A model generated the notes under the pieces. The model worked only from the letters and a program-made list of their open reading frames with translations. It did no database searches and was not told the DNA's origin. A program made the position numbers and the translations under genes. Positions 51,003 through 60,177 of a DNA stretch of 64,000 bases are shown piece after piece. The stretch is from an uncultured Desulfobacteraceae bacterium (GTDB taxonomy: Bacteria > Desulfobacterota > DSM-4660 > Desulfatiglandales > HGW-15), in the NCBI GenBank assembly GCA_964580575.1, contig CAZOLJ010000015.1, positions 1,329-65,328 on the forward strand, read 5' to 3'. Every line of letters begins with the position of its first letter. The first letter of the stretch is position 1.

Positions 51003-51119
51003 TAGGCACAAAGGTGCAGAGGCACAGAGGCACAAAGGGAGAAGGAGAATGGTTCTTCTGCTTAGTGCCTTTGCCCCTCTGTCCCTTTGTCCCTCAAGCT
51101 GTCGGCTTCAGCCGACAGC
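51003..51119. repeat. Palindrome plus octamer-periodic inverted repeat, copy 2 (inverted)
   Basis: aggcacaa/aggtgcag/aggcacag/aggcacaa...tttgcccc/tctgtccc/tttgtccc, then gctgtcggcttcagccgacagc. Confidence 0.75.
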
Positions 51120-51122
51120 GGT

Positions 51123-52181
<1,059 letters not shown>

Positions 52182-52350
52182 TCAAATAAAGCATCTCTAC
52201 CCTGAAAGGCAAAAAAAATAAAGCTCTAATTTTGTCGGAGCTTGACACAGGGGGAGGGCTCAGGCACCATATCCCAGTCCCTTCGAGCCTGTTTCTCCGG
52301 TCAGGGGCGAGAGTTGTTCCATCATGAGGGAGGAGGAGCCGGACTGAAGA

Positions 52351-53175
52351 GTGGGGAGAGATAAGGGAACGTGCAATCTCGTGGACCGACCGGGCCCCGT
52401 GACAAAGAGGGTGTTCTTTAGGCGGGGTGCAGGTCTCTGCGTTGCGCTGTTGTTCCTTGTCGGGGGTGGGTGTGCCACTAAACCCCCAAGCCCTCCAAAG
52501 CCGCCTCCTGCACTGCCCGGCAAAGAAGTCCCTCGCATGGGGTACTCGATTCAGGTCGGGGCCTTCACCACCGTGGACAACGCGATTCGCCTCACCGAGT
52601 CCCTGGAAAGGCAGGGCATGAGCGCCTACTACTTTCACCACAAGTCTGGCCTGTTCAAAGTCCGTTTCGGTGATTATGCTACTCGAGAGGCCGCCCGCAT
52701 GAAGGCGGAAGCTCTGGTGCAAGCCGGCGTTTTCACCGAGTACTACATCGTGAGCCCTGAAGACTATGCGCTGGCAAGGGTCAGGCTCTACGGGGAATCC
52801 ACGGTGAGGAACGAAATTGTGGAAACGGCCGAGAGGTTTATCGGCCTCCCTTACCAGTGGGGCGGGTCTTCGGCTGAAGAAGGTTTTGACTGCAGCGGAC
52901 TCACGATGGCGGTCTATCAATTGAACGGCCTTAACCTGCCCCGTTCTTCAAGGGACCAGTACTCCATCGGCGACCCGGTTGGAAGGACTGAGCTCGCAAA
53001 GGGCGATCTGGTCTTTTTTGCCACAAAGGGCCGGGAAAAAGTCTCCCACGTCGGAGTGTATGCCGGTGATGACCGGTTCATTCACGCTCCCGGAAAAGGC
53101 AAGACCATCAGGGTGGATTCTCTTGCAGGCAGGTACTTCGTGGCCCGGTATATGGGTGCGAGAAAATATCTTTAG
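52351..53175 (+). CDS. SPOR-domain NlpC/P60 (C40) peptidoglycan endopeptidase lipoprotein
   Basis: Lipobox GGGC; YSIQVGAF SPOR; PYQWGG, FDCSGL and HVGVY...FIHA. The start position is uncertain. Confidence 0.9.
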   Translation: MGRDKGTCNLVDRPGPVTKRVFFRRGAGLCVALLFLVGGGCATKPPSPPKPPPALPGKEVPRMGYSIQVGAFTTVDNAIRLTESLERQGMSAYYFHHKSGLFKVRFGDYATREAARMKAEALVQAGVFTEYYIVSPEDYALARVRLYGESTVRNEIVETAERFIGLPYQWGGSSAEEGFDCSGLTMAVYQLNGLNLPRSSRDQYSIGDPVGRTELAKGDLVFFATKGREKVSHVGVYAGDDRFIHAPGKGKTIRVDSLAGRYFVARYMGARKYL

Positions 53176-53203
53176 AGTCATGTTTCAAGAAGGAGGTCCG
53201 ACC

Positions 53204-53530
53204 ATGCATCCTTTCGAACAGCTTTATGAGTTTTCAGCTTCAGTCGGTGCCCTGGAGGGGTTCGTCTATAAGAGGCCTGATGTGGAAGCGGCCACGATAG
53301 AGAAATGGGTTGAGAACCTGGAAAAAGCCTATAAGCTGCTTCCGGAAGAGGTTCTGAAAGAAATTCAACCGGCTCTGGATGGAACTCTGGGAAGGGCGGT
53401 GAAGTCGGTCAGCACGGTGCTTGGAGACCGGCACGTTCTGGTTGCGAAATTGAAGGCCATGGTGAAAGGACCCCTTCCTTCCTCGGCGGACGATTTCCGG
53501 AAAAAGAAATGGTTTCAGAAGCAGGGTTAG
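53204..53530 (+). CDS. Hypothetical protein
   Basis: AGGAGG RBS; MHPFEQLYEFSASVGALEGFVY...; 108 aa. Confidence 0.65.
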   Translation: MHPFEQLYEFSASVGALEGFVYKRPDVEAATIEKWVENLEKAYKLLPEEVLKEIQPALDGTLGRAVKSVSTVLGDRHVLVAKLKAMVKGPLPSSADDFRKKKWFQKQG

Positions 53531-53564
53531 AATCTTAGATCGTAACTTCTCTGCTACTTGCGGA

Positions 53565-53650
53565 GAAGTTGGAGGTTGGAGGTCAGAGGTTGGAGGCAAG
53601 AACGGTTTTGCCTCAAACCTCAAGCGAAGCGATCCTCAAGCCTCAAACAG
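53565..53650. repeat. Heptamer-periodic inverted repeat
   Basis: gaagttg/gaggttg/gaggtca/gaggttg/gaggcaa ... cctcaaa/cctcaag/cctcaag/cctcaaa. Confidence 0.6.
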
Positions 53651-53749
53651 CAGGCCAGATTTTGGTTGCGGCCAAAGGCCTGCATTGGGGGTTGAAGGAA
53701 CTCCATGTTGTTTCTGAAAAATAGTACCGGAAAAGCCGGGGATGGCGGC

Positions 53750-54418
53750 ATGGCGTTGGAGGGGCTTATTTTTGACCTGGACGGGACGCTCATCGACTCC
53801 GTTGGGACTTATTACATCATGATGGAGTCGGTATTTGAAAGGCTCCATTGGCCCCGGGTGTCCAGAGAGGTGATGCGAAAAGCAATAAAAGACGGCGGGT
53901 TCGACTGGGACTTGGTTCTGCCGACCGGGGCCGGGCGCACGACCGAGGAGCTGATTGCCTCAGCCAGGGAAGTCATCACAGAGATGTATCCTCGCGTATT
54001 CGAAGACGACGTGGACTTGGTGCCTGGAGCGGAGCACCTTCTTAAAAAGCTTCATGATCGCAGCGTGAAACTGGGGCTGGTGACTTCCACTCTTGGAAGG
54101 TTCATCGAGTTCAAACTCATCCCGTTGAAAAAATGCGGGCTCCGCGACCTGTTTCAATCGGTCATCACCCTTGACGACGTGAAAAACAGAAAACCCTCCG
54201 GAGACCCTTTGGTGGAGTGCGCGAAGAGGCTCGGGGAGCACCCCGAAAAATGCGCTTACGTGGGGGATGCGACCGTAGACATCGTGGCTGGCAAGGCTGC
54301 GGGGATGAAGACCATCGCCGTGTTGACCGGGGTGGATGATTACGAGGCGCTTAAAGCAGAGGACCCCGATATGATCCTCGAGAGCGTCTCTCAGTTGACG
54401 GAACGACTGAGCGAGTGA
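53750..54418 (+). CDS. HAD-family hydrolase (phosphoglycolate phosphatase-like)
   Basis: IFDLDGTLIDS, KP, VGDATVDI and GKAAGM. Confidence 0.92.
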   Translation: MALEGLIFDLDGTLIDSVGTYYIMMESVFERLHWPRVSREVMRKAIKDGGFDWDLVLPTGAGRTTEELIASAREVITEMYPRVFEDDVDLVPGAEHLLKKLHDRSVKLGLVTSTLGRFIEFKLIPLKKCGLRDLFQSVITLDDVKNRKPSGDPLVECAKRLGEHPEKCAYVGDATVDIVAGKAAGMKTIAVLTGVDDYEALKAEDPDMILESVSQLTERLSE

Positions 54419-54431
54419 AACAGGAGATCTT

Positions 54432-55262
54432 ATGCTTCAAAAGTTCTGGATTCATGAGTTGACCCGGCCGGCCTTCGCGGAATGGCTGGAGAGCGAAAAA
54501 TCACCGGTCGTGATTATCGGCCTCGGCAGCGTGGAGCAGCACGGCCCTCACCTTCCCCTGGGCACGGACAGCCTGACGGCATGGGAACACGTTCACGAAG
54601 TCGCGAGGCGATCGAACAGCGTCTGCCTTCTCCCGTGCTTTCCGGGGTACTCTCCGCATCACATGGGTTTCCCGGGAACCATCACCTTCAGCGAAGGAAC
54701 CCTTGTTGCGGTGTTGATGGACACCATCGGAAGCCTTGCCCGTCACGGGATCAAGCATTTCCTGATCATGAACGTCCACGGGGGAAACACGAACATCGTC
54801 AATTTGGCCGCCCAGTTGGCAAAGAGAGAATTCAAAGTGATGGTGGCCGCTCCGACCGGTCCGAGTGACACCGAGCTCGGCAGGCTTCATGCGGACAAGC
54901 AGAAGAGACACTGGGATGTGCACAGCGGGCCCACGGAGACAGGGACCGCGCTTCATCTTTTCCCAGAGCTGGTGGAGATGGAAAGGATCGAGGGGTGGGA
55001 AGCGACGCTGAAACTCGATCCCAAGCTCATGGCGTTTTTGGATCCTGACCGAAAGGATTTCGAAATGGTGAACCAGGTTTTTCGGGCCTGCGTCGAGCCC
55101 GACACGGATGATTTCACGTCCAGCGGCGTCTGGGGAAAGAATGATCCCCGGGAGGCGGACCCTGAAGAGGCCAAGGCGCGGTTTGAAGAGAAGGTCACCT
55201 TCCTGGTGGAGTTCATCAAAGTCTGGAAGACCATTCCCATTCCTCCTGCCTTCGAAAATTAG
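54432..55262 (+). CDS. Creatininase / creatinine amidohydrolase family
   Basis: GSVEQHGPHLPLGTD, NVHGGN and HSGPTET. Confidence 0.9.
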   Translation: MLQKFWIHELTRPAFAEWLESEKSPVVIIGLGSVEQHGPHLPLGTDSLTAWEHVHEVARRSNSVCLLPCFPGYSPHHMGFPGTITFSEGTLVAVLMDTIGSLARHGIKHFLIMNVHGGNTNIVNLAAQLAKREFKVMVAAPTGPSDTELGRLHADKQKRHWDVHSGPTETGTALHLFPELVEMERIEGWEATLKLDPKLMAFLDPDRKDFEMVNQVFRACVEPDTDDFTSSGVWGKNDPREADPEEAKARFEEKVTFLVEFIKVWKTIPIPPAFEN

Positions 55263-55498
55263 CCGGTTGCTGAAAAGCGCCCATCTACGGCGTTGCCCAG
55301 CCGGAGGCTGACAAGCCTCATCCCTTCCCGTGTCAAGCACGGGACAGGCTTGTTGCGACGCACTGGACTGTACGACTCACTCCTCGGCCCGCCGGAGGCG
55401 GATAAGGATTGTTGGGCGCCTTGTTTCTGAGCGTTTTTGAGCAACCGGCGGAGAAGGACCTTTGCACCGTCCTGCTGAAAGGGAAAGACGTTAATCTT

Positions 55499-55990
55499 AT
55501 GAAGAAGCATCTTGCTGAAATCATCATCCCCAAAGAAGCAGCCGTGTTCTTTCTGGACGAGCACGGCTACTGGCGCCACAAGGAACAGGGAAAATTCGAG
55601 CACAGGAAGATCATCAATTACTTCCACTCCTGCATTCGAAAAGACGAAAACGGGTATCACCTCAGACAAAGGCTTGGCGATCGTGTTGAAAAAGTCTACT
55701 TCCACTACGAAGACACAGCGTTGTTTGTCATTGATGTGATCAAAGCGGAAGAGATTCACCTGTTGTTGAACACACAGAAAAAGATCAAGCTCAGACCCAA
55801 GAAGCTTTTCGTGATTGACGACAATCTCTATGTGAACTCGGGACAGCACAGGATCAAGTTCACGGATAACAGCCTTGTCCGACTCTGGGATCTGCTGAGT
55901 TACGAGGGAGATGACTATTTCATCACCGTGAAGGGGCAGCGCCACAAGATCAGGCAGATGGAGAAGGAAACCCTCGGATATGAAGTTTGA
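55499..55990 (+). CDS. Hypothetical protein (DUF1285-like)
   Basis: FFLDEHGYWRH...FEHRKIINYFHSCIRKD...VEKVY..YEDTALFV. Confidence 0.55.
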   Translation: MKKHLAEIIIPKEAAVFFLDEHGYWRHKEQGKFEHRKIINYFHSCIRKDENGYHLRQRLGDRVEKVYFHYEDTALFVIDVIKAEEIHLLLNTQKKIKLRPKKLFVIDDNLYVNSGQHRIKFTDNSLVRLWDLLSYEGDDYFITVKGQRHKIRQMEKETLGYEV

Positions 55991-56121
55991 TGGGTTCGTA
56001 AAAAGCCCCAAGGTCGTCACTCCCGCGGAGGCGGGAGTCCAGAAGAGTTTGCTAGGACTGGATTCCCGTCTTCGCGGGAATGACAGAAAAGGGCATTTCC
56101 TGACTTCTTGCGAAACCAGCA
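55988..56121. mobile_element. MITE-like element with an internal REP-type hairpin
   Basis: Ends tgatgggttcgtaaaaagcc / gacttcttgcgaaaccagca; internal gtcactcccgcggaggcgggagtccag...ctggattcccgtcttcgcgggaatgac. A lone related end lies near 37633-37652. Confidence 0.65.
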
Positions 56122-56150
56122 GCTTTCACCTCCCAAAAACGTCGCTGAAG

Positions 56151-57878
56151 ATGATGAACAGATTTCTGCTGCTCTGTACCTGTGTAATGCTTCTTTTTGC
56201 CTCGGGGTGCGCCCGCAGTTCACCCCTGATGAGCCCGATCTTGAAGAGATCTGATCCTTTCTCGGATAACATCAAGGACTACCAAAGCCTGACCCTCACG
56301 AAACCGGAACCAGTGAACTCCGGCGTTCGGCTGGTTGCGGGCGATGCCTTTACCCTGCTGCCCCGGGAGACACGCACCAGAGAAACCCTGAGGTACAGAA
56401 TAGGGGATGAACCCGCTGTGGCCGGCGGAAAGTATCACCACATTGCCGGGTCCTCGGGATATCTTTTTTTGAGCGTCGAGCCCTCCCAGCAAGTGAAGTC
56501 CTTCAAACCCATGGACGTGGAAATCCTCGTGTGGAAGAGAGCCGACTGGCTCCAGATCGCCGCCTTCTTCGAGACCATGAAAAAAGACCACCCGAACAGT
56601 CCTTCAGTGGCGGTAGCTCATCATGAGGCGAACCTTCGGTATGAAGCTGACGCGGCCTTCAGAAAGACCTCGGAACGCATAGAGGAGGCCAGGAAGCAGT
56701 GGGAGGAGGAGAAAGAGAAGACCGCGGTGCTTTCCAAGCAACTGGAGGACAAGGAGAAAAGGGAAAGAGCCTTGATGGGAAAACTCGCAGAGGGAGCCAA
56801 GATCCCGCCGGTGATCCTGGTGGTTTCGCCCAGAGAGGGGTGGGAAACCGAGGCGACCGCCGTGGCGCTCTCAGGAGTGATCCAGGATGACCAGGGGCTG
56901 GAGGCTCTGGAGATATCGATCAATGACGAAAAGCTCAAGACCTATTGGGTAGGAGTGGACCCCTCATCAGGGCAGGAGGCGGCAAAGCGGCTGGAATTCC
57001 AGGAAAGGGTCCCGCTTCGAACGGGAGAGAATCGAATCAAGATAAACGCTGTGGATGTGGAAGGTTTTTTTGCAGAAAAAATAATCAGCGTGCGAAGTGT
57101 CGAGAAGAAGAGGAATGTTTGGGCCGTGGTCATCGGCGTCAACAGCTATCCCAATGTGAGGCGGCTGAAGTACGCGGTGAACGATGCCATGGTCTTTTCC
57201 AATCATCTGGTAGAGTACAACCAGGTCCCGAAAGAGAATGTGGTCCTGCTCCTTGACGAGGAGGCCAATCTGACCCGTCTCAGAAGTGCCCTGGGCGTCT
57301 ATTTGAAGAATAAGGCTTCTAAGGAGGATATGGTCATCATTTATTTTGCAGGTCACGGCGCGACAGAGCGGGAGGCGACCAGCCCTGACGGGGACGGACT
57401 GGAAAAGTATCTACTGCCTTACGATGTTGACCCCAAGGAACTCTACGCGACGGCTCTGCCTATGGAAGAGATCTCCCGCCTCTTCAGCCGAATCCGATCG
57501 GATCGGCTGGTTTTCATTGTGGACACCTGCTACAGTGGGGCGAGCGGGGGCAGAACGATCAGCGTGGCGGACCTCAGGGCCGGCATCTCGGACGGCTTTC
57601 TGGACCGAATCACGGGCGGCAAAGGGAAGATCATCCTGACCGCAAGCGGTGCCAACGAAGTCAGCGCCGAGAGCGATGAACTTCAGCACGGCATCTTCAC
57701 CCACTTCCTCATCAAGGGGCTTCAGGGACAGGCCGATTCGGACGGCGACGGACTGATCACCGTGGATGAAGTGTACACCTACGTCTCCAAGCAGGTCCCT
57801 CAAGCGACCAACCAGGAGCAGCATCCGGTCAAGAAAGGGATCGTCGAGGGCCCCCTAATCCTGAGCATCGTGCGATGA
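56151..57878 (+). CDS. Caspase-family (peptidase C14) lipoprotein with coiled coil and Ig-like domain
   Basis: Lipobox FASGC; WAVVIGVNSY, YFAGHG (His) and DTCYSG (Cys). True start is likely 56151, after the MITE. Confidence 0.88.
   Translation: MMNRFLLLCTCVMLLFASGCARSSPLMSPILKRSDPFSDNIKDYQSLTLTKPEPVNSGVRLVAGDAFTLLPRETRTRETLRYRIGDEPAVAGGKYHHIAGSSGYLFLSVEPSQQVKSFKPMDVEILVWKRADWLQIAAFFETMKKDHPNSPSVAVAHHEANLRYEADAAFRKTSERIEEARKQWEEEKEKTAVLSKQLEDKEKRERALMGKLAEGAKIPPVILVVSPREGWETEATAVALSGVIQDDQGLEALEISINDEKLKTYWVGVDPSSGQEAAKRLEFQERVPLRTGENRIKINAVDVEGFFAEKIISVRSVEKKRNVWAVVIGVNSYPNVRRLKYAVNDAMVFSNHLVEYNQVPKENVVLLLDEEANLTRLRSALGVYLKNKASKEDMVIIYFAGHGATEREATSPDGDGLEKYLLPYDVDPKELYATALPMEEISRLFSRIRSDRLVFIVDTCYSGASGGRTISVADLRAGISDGFLDRITGGKGKIILTASGANEVSAESDELQHGIFTHFLIKGLQGQADSDGDGLITVDEVYTYVSKQVPQATNQEQHPVKKGIVEGPLILSIVR
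57807..57878 (+). repeat. 72-bp direct repeat, copy A (caspase 3' end)
   Basis: accaaccaggagcagcatccggtcaagaaagggatcgtcgagggccccctaatcctgagcatcgtgcgatga. Confidence 0.9.
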
Positions 57879-58068
57879 GCAGTCCGGATGCCGCTGTTTA
57901 AATGAATCTGACCAGAGGGACCGGTGAGACTTCTTTAGGGGTCATCTCTGAGCTACGCTCGCGCCATTCTTCTGATATCGATGGAGTTTGCATGGTGAAG
58001 GTCCTGGAGGCGGTGCGGCAGGGAAGGGCTAGTGCGGATTCGCGCCTTTGCGAGAGCGATCTTTTTTC

Positions 58069-58377
58069 TCAGGCGGCATGGAGTTCGGCAAGGGAAGTAA
58101 CTTCCCGCTCGATCCTACTGGAAAGCGATTCCTCTGCAACAGTGAGGTCGTAATGGGTTTGCAGATTCATCCAGCTCTGTGCGTCGGTTCCAAAAAATCG
58201 GGCCAGACGCAACGCCGTATCCGCGGTAATCGCCCTTTTTCCTGCGACGATTTCTCCGATTCGGCGTTGGGGCACGCCAATGGACTTGGCAAGCCGATAT
58301 TGAGTGATGTTCATGGGCTTGAGGAAATCCTCCAGCAAAATTTCACCGGGATGCACCGGCGGCATATTTCTCTTCAT
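58069..58377 (-). CDS. higA: HigA antitoxin (HTH, addiction module)
   Basis: PPVHPGEILLEDFL...ITADTALRLARFFGT..WMNLQ..YDL. Confidence 0.93.
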   Translation of the reverse strand: MKRNMPPVHPGEILLEDFLKPMNITQYRLAKSIGVPQRRIGEIVAGKRAITADTALRLARFFGTDAQSWMNLQTHYDLTVAEESLSSRIEREVTSLAELHAA

Positions 58378-58389
58378 CAGGGTACTCCT

Positions 58390-58674
58390 TCAATGGTAAT
58401 CGGTAATTTCAACATCATGGGCATGGCCGTCTTGCCAATGAAAGCAGGTCCTCCATCGGTCATTGATCCTGATGCTCCATTGGCCTTCTCTATCGCCGGA
58501 AAGCTTCTCCAGTCGGTTTCCCCCCGGCGGGACTCGCAGAAAGGTCAGTGTCGCTGCGCCGTGGATCTGTGTCAGCTTGCGCAAGGCCACCCTCTGTATT
58601 TCCTTCGGAAAGCGGGCGGCCAATCGGCCATGAAAGATTTTCTCTGTCTCTTTGCAGCGAAACGACTTGATCAT
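58390..58674 (-). CDS. higB: HigB toxin (RelE family)
   Basis: MIKSFRCKETEKIF...NRLEKL.GDREGQWSIRINDRWR; toxin-first gene order. Confidence 0.93.
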   Translation of the reverse strand: MIKSFRCKETEKIFHGRLAARFPKEIQRVALRKLTQIHGAATLTFLRVPPGGNRLEKLSGDREGQWSIRINDRWRTCFHWQDGHAHDVEITDYH

Positions 58675-58784
58675 CGCCAGATACTAACAAGCGGCATTAG
58701 TATTGTCAAGCATTAGTATCCCCCCGTTTTCTAGACAGCTGGCGGTCATTATGCATGCTTTGGACAACCTTTTGGCGACGATCC

Positions 58785-58856
58785 ACCAACCAGGAACAGC
58801 ATCCGGTCAAGACAGGGATCGTCGAAGGTCCCCTGGTCCTGAGCATCGTGCGATGA
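58785..58856 (+). repeat. 72-bp direct repeat, copy B
   Basis: accaaccaggaacagcatccggtcaagacagggatcgtcgaaggtcccctggtcctgagcatcgtgcgatga; 6 mismatches to copy A. Confidence 0.9.
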
Positions 58857-59014
58857 AGATCCTAAAACTGATTCTCGGCCTGATCGCGGCACCGGCAGTG
58901 GTCGTCTCCGGCTTTATTTGGGGATATGCACCTCTTCGAGACGGGCGACTGGAGCTGAAGAACACCAGGTTCACGCTGGATTTTCGTCTTGATTCTCCAA
59001 CGTTTTTCAATTAG
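58853..59014 (+). pseudogene. Short or truncated exported-protein start coupled to repeat B
   Basis: ATGA overlap; MKILKLILGLIAAPAVVVSGFIWGYAP... (signal-peptide-like) ends after 53 aa. Confidence 0.4.
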
Positions 59015-59145
59015 TCTAACAAAATATAGAAAGACCTTCCAACACCCGTTGCGATAGGAGAGCGGCGTCAAATTCAAGAATAGGGAAGGGTCAAGGGTGG
59101 ATTTGAGTTTGCGTACTCGGGGAACGAGAATGGGAGGATGGAACA

Positions 59146-59370
59146 ATGGAAAAAGTAACTGTTGATGTCAGTGAGGCGCAGACCCACCTTAAAGAGCTTG
59201 TAGATCGGGTCAACGCCGGAGCCCAGGTCATCCTCAGCGAAAATGAAAAACCGATCGCTCGGATTGTGCCTGTTTCGGAGAAAATTGCGGGACTGCACGC
59301 CGGTTCGATCTGGACAAGCGAAGACTTCGACGAAGCGCTGGCCGATACCTTTTGGACGCAAGGGAAATGA
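59146..59370 (+). CDS. Phd/YefM-type antitoxin
   Basis: VDVSEAQTHLKELVDRVNAG..VIL....PIARIVP. Confidence 0.85.
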   Translation: MEKVTVDVSEAQTHLKELVDRVNAGAQVILSENEKPIARIVPVSEKIAGLHAGSIWTSEDFDEALADTFWTQGK

Positions 59371-59753
59371 GACTCCTTCTGGACACTCACGTATTCATCT
59401 GGTGGGATAGTGAACCTGGGAAGCTATCGCCCCAGGCCTTGGGGTTGTGCCAGGATCCCAGCAATGAACTCATTCTGAGCGTAGTCAGCCTCTGGGAAAT
59501 CCAAATCAAGTCTCAAATGAATAAAGTCAGACTCCGCCTCCCGCTTTCCGACCTCGTTCAAGGCCAGCAAGAAACCAATGGTATGACCATTCTCCCTCTC
59601 ACCGCCTTCCACGTTTACGGCTTGGATGGCCTGCCTTCCTACCACAAGGATCCATTCGATCGAATGCTTATTGTCCAGGCAAGAGTCGAAAAGCCGAGTC
59701 TTGTGAGTAGCGATGGGATAAGCAGGAGATATCCGATAGAGGTTGTCTGGTAG
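59367..59753 (+). CDS. vapC: VapC/PIN toxin
   Basis: LLLDTHVFIWW, SVVSLWEI and HKDPFDRMLIVQA; ATGA coupling with the antitoxin. Confidence 0.9.
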   Translation: MRLLLDTHVFIWWDSEPGKLSPQALGLCQDPSNELILSVVSLWEIQIKSQMNKVRLRLPLSDLVQGQQETNGMTILPLTAFHVYGLDGLPSYHKDPFDRMLIVQARVEKPSLVSSDGISRRYPIEVVW

Positions 59754-59800
59754 CCCGAACCATTTCGCCGTCGAGACGTCGCCCGGAAGCTTTTAAATAA

Positions 59801-59932
59801 GGTCATCCTTCAGGGACACGGTTCAATGCGTGGAAGAAAATCTCCGAGAAATACTTGAGAGTCACGTATTTCGAGGCAGAAGAGGAAACGATTGTTTTGA
59901 CCGCCGTAAAGAGGAAAAAGGGATGGAGGTGA
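59801..59932 (+). pseudogene. 3' fragment of a DUF4258-like toxin gene
   Basis: Manual frame after an in-frame TAA: GTRFNAWKKISEKYLRVTYFEAEEETIVLTAVKRKKGWR*, directly upstream of the DUF2283-like gene. Confidence 0.55.
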
Positions 59933-59938
59933 TCAGAA

Positions 59939-60157
59939 TTGAGAATTGAATATGATAAGGATGCGGACGCCTTGTATATCCAGCTAAGAGAAGCGTACGT
60001 GGAAGACAATGTTGACATTGAAGAAGCCATCACAGTGGACCTTGATGAAAACAGGCATGTCGTGGGGATTGAAATCCTGGATGCCAGCAGGAAACTTTCT
60101 CTTAGCGATATGGTCAACATTTCCATCGAGAATCTCCCTCTCGAAAACGTTGTCTAG
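59939..60157 (+). CDS. DUF2283-like putative antitoxin
   Basis: MRIEYDKDADALYIQL...VDLDENRHVVGIEILDAS. Confidence 0.85.
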   Translation: MRIEYDKDADALYIQLREAYVEDNVDIEEAITVDLDENRHVVGIEILDASRKLSLSDMVNISIENLPLENVV

Positions 60158-60177
60158 GGTACGAGAACCGCGGACTG

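Noticed and set aside
58490-58520. Extra Gly in HigB (PPGGNRL) within a G run
   Set aside because: It is in frame and minor; it may be natural variation or homopolymer noise, with no evidence of phase variation.
58703-59014. 103-aa ORF spanning repeat B
   Set aside because: Its 5' part reads the caspase repeat out of frame. Only the portion from the ATG at 58853 looks gene-like.
59014-59145. Possible integron attC site (gtctaac right after a stop codon, near TA genes)
   Set aside because: No matching GTTAGAC-type R' box or complementary arm downstream, and no integron integrase in the window.
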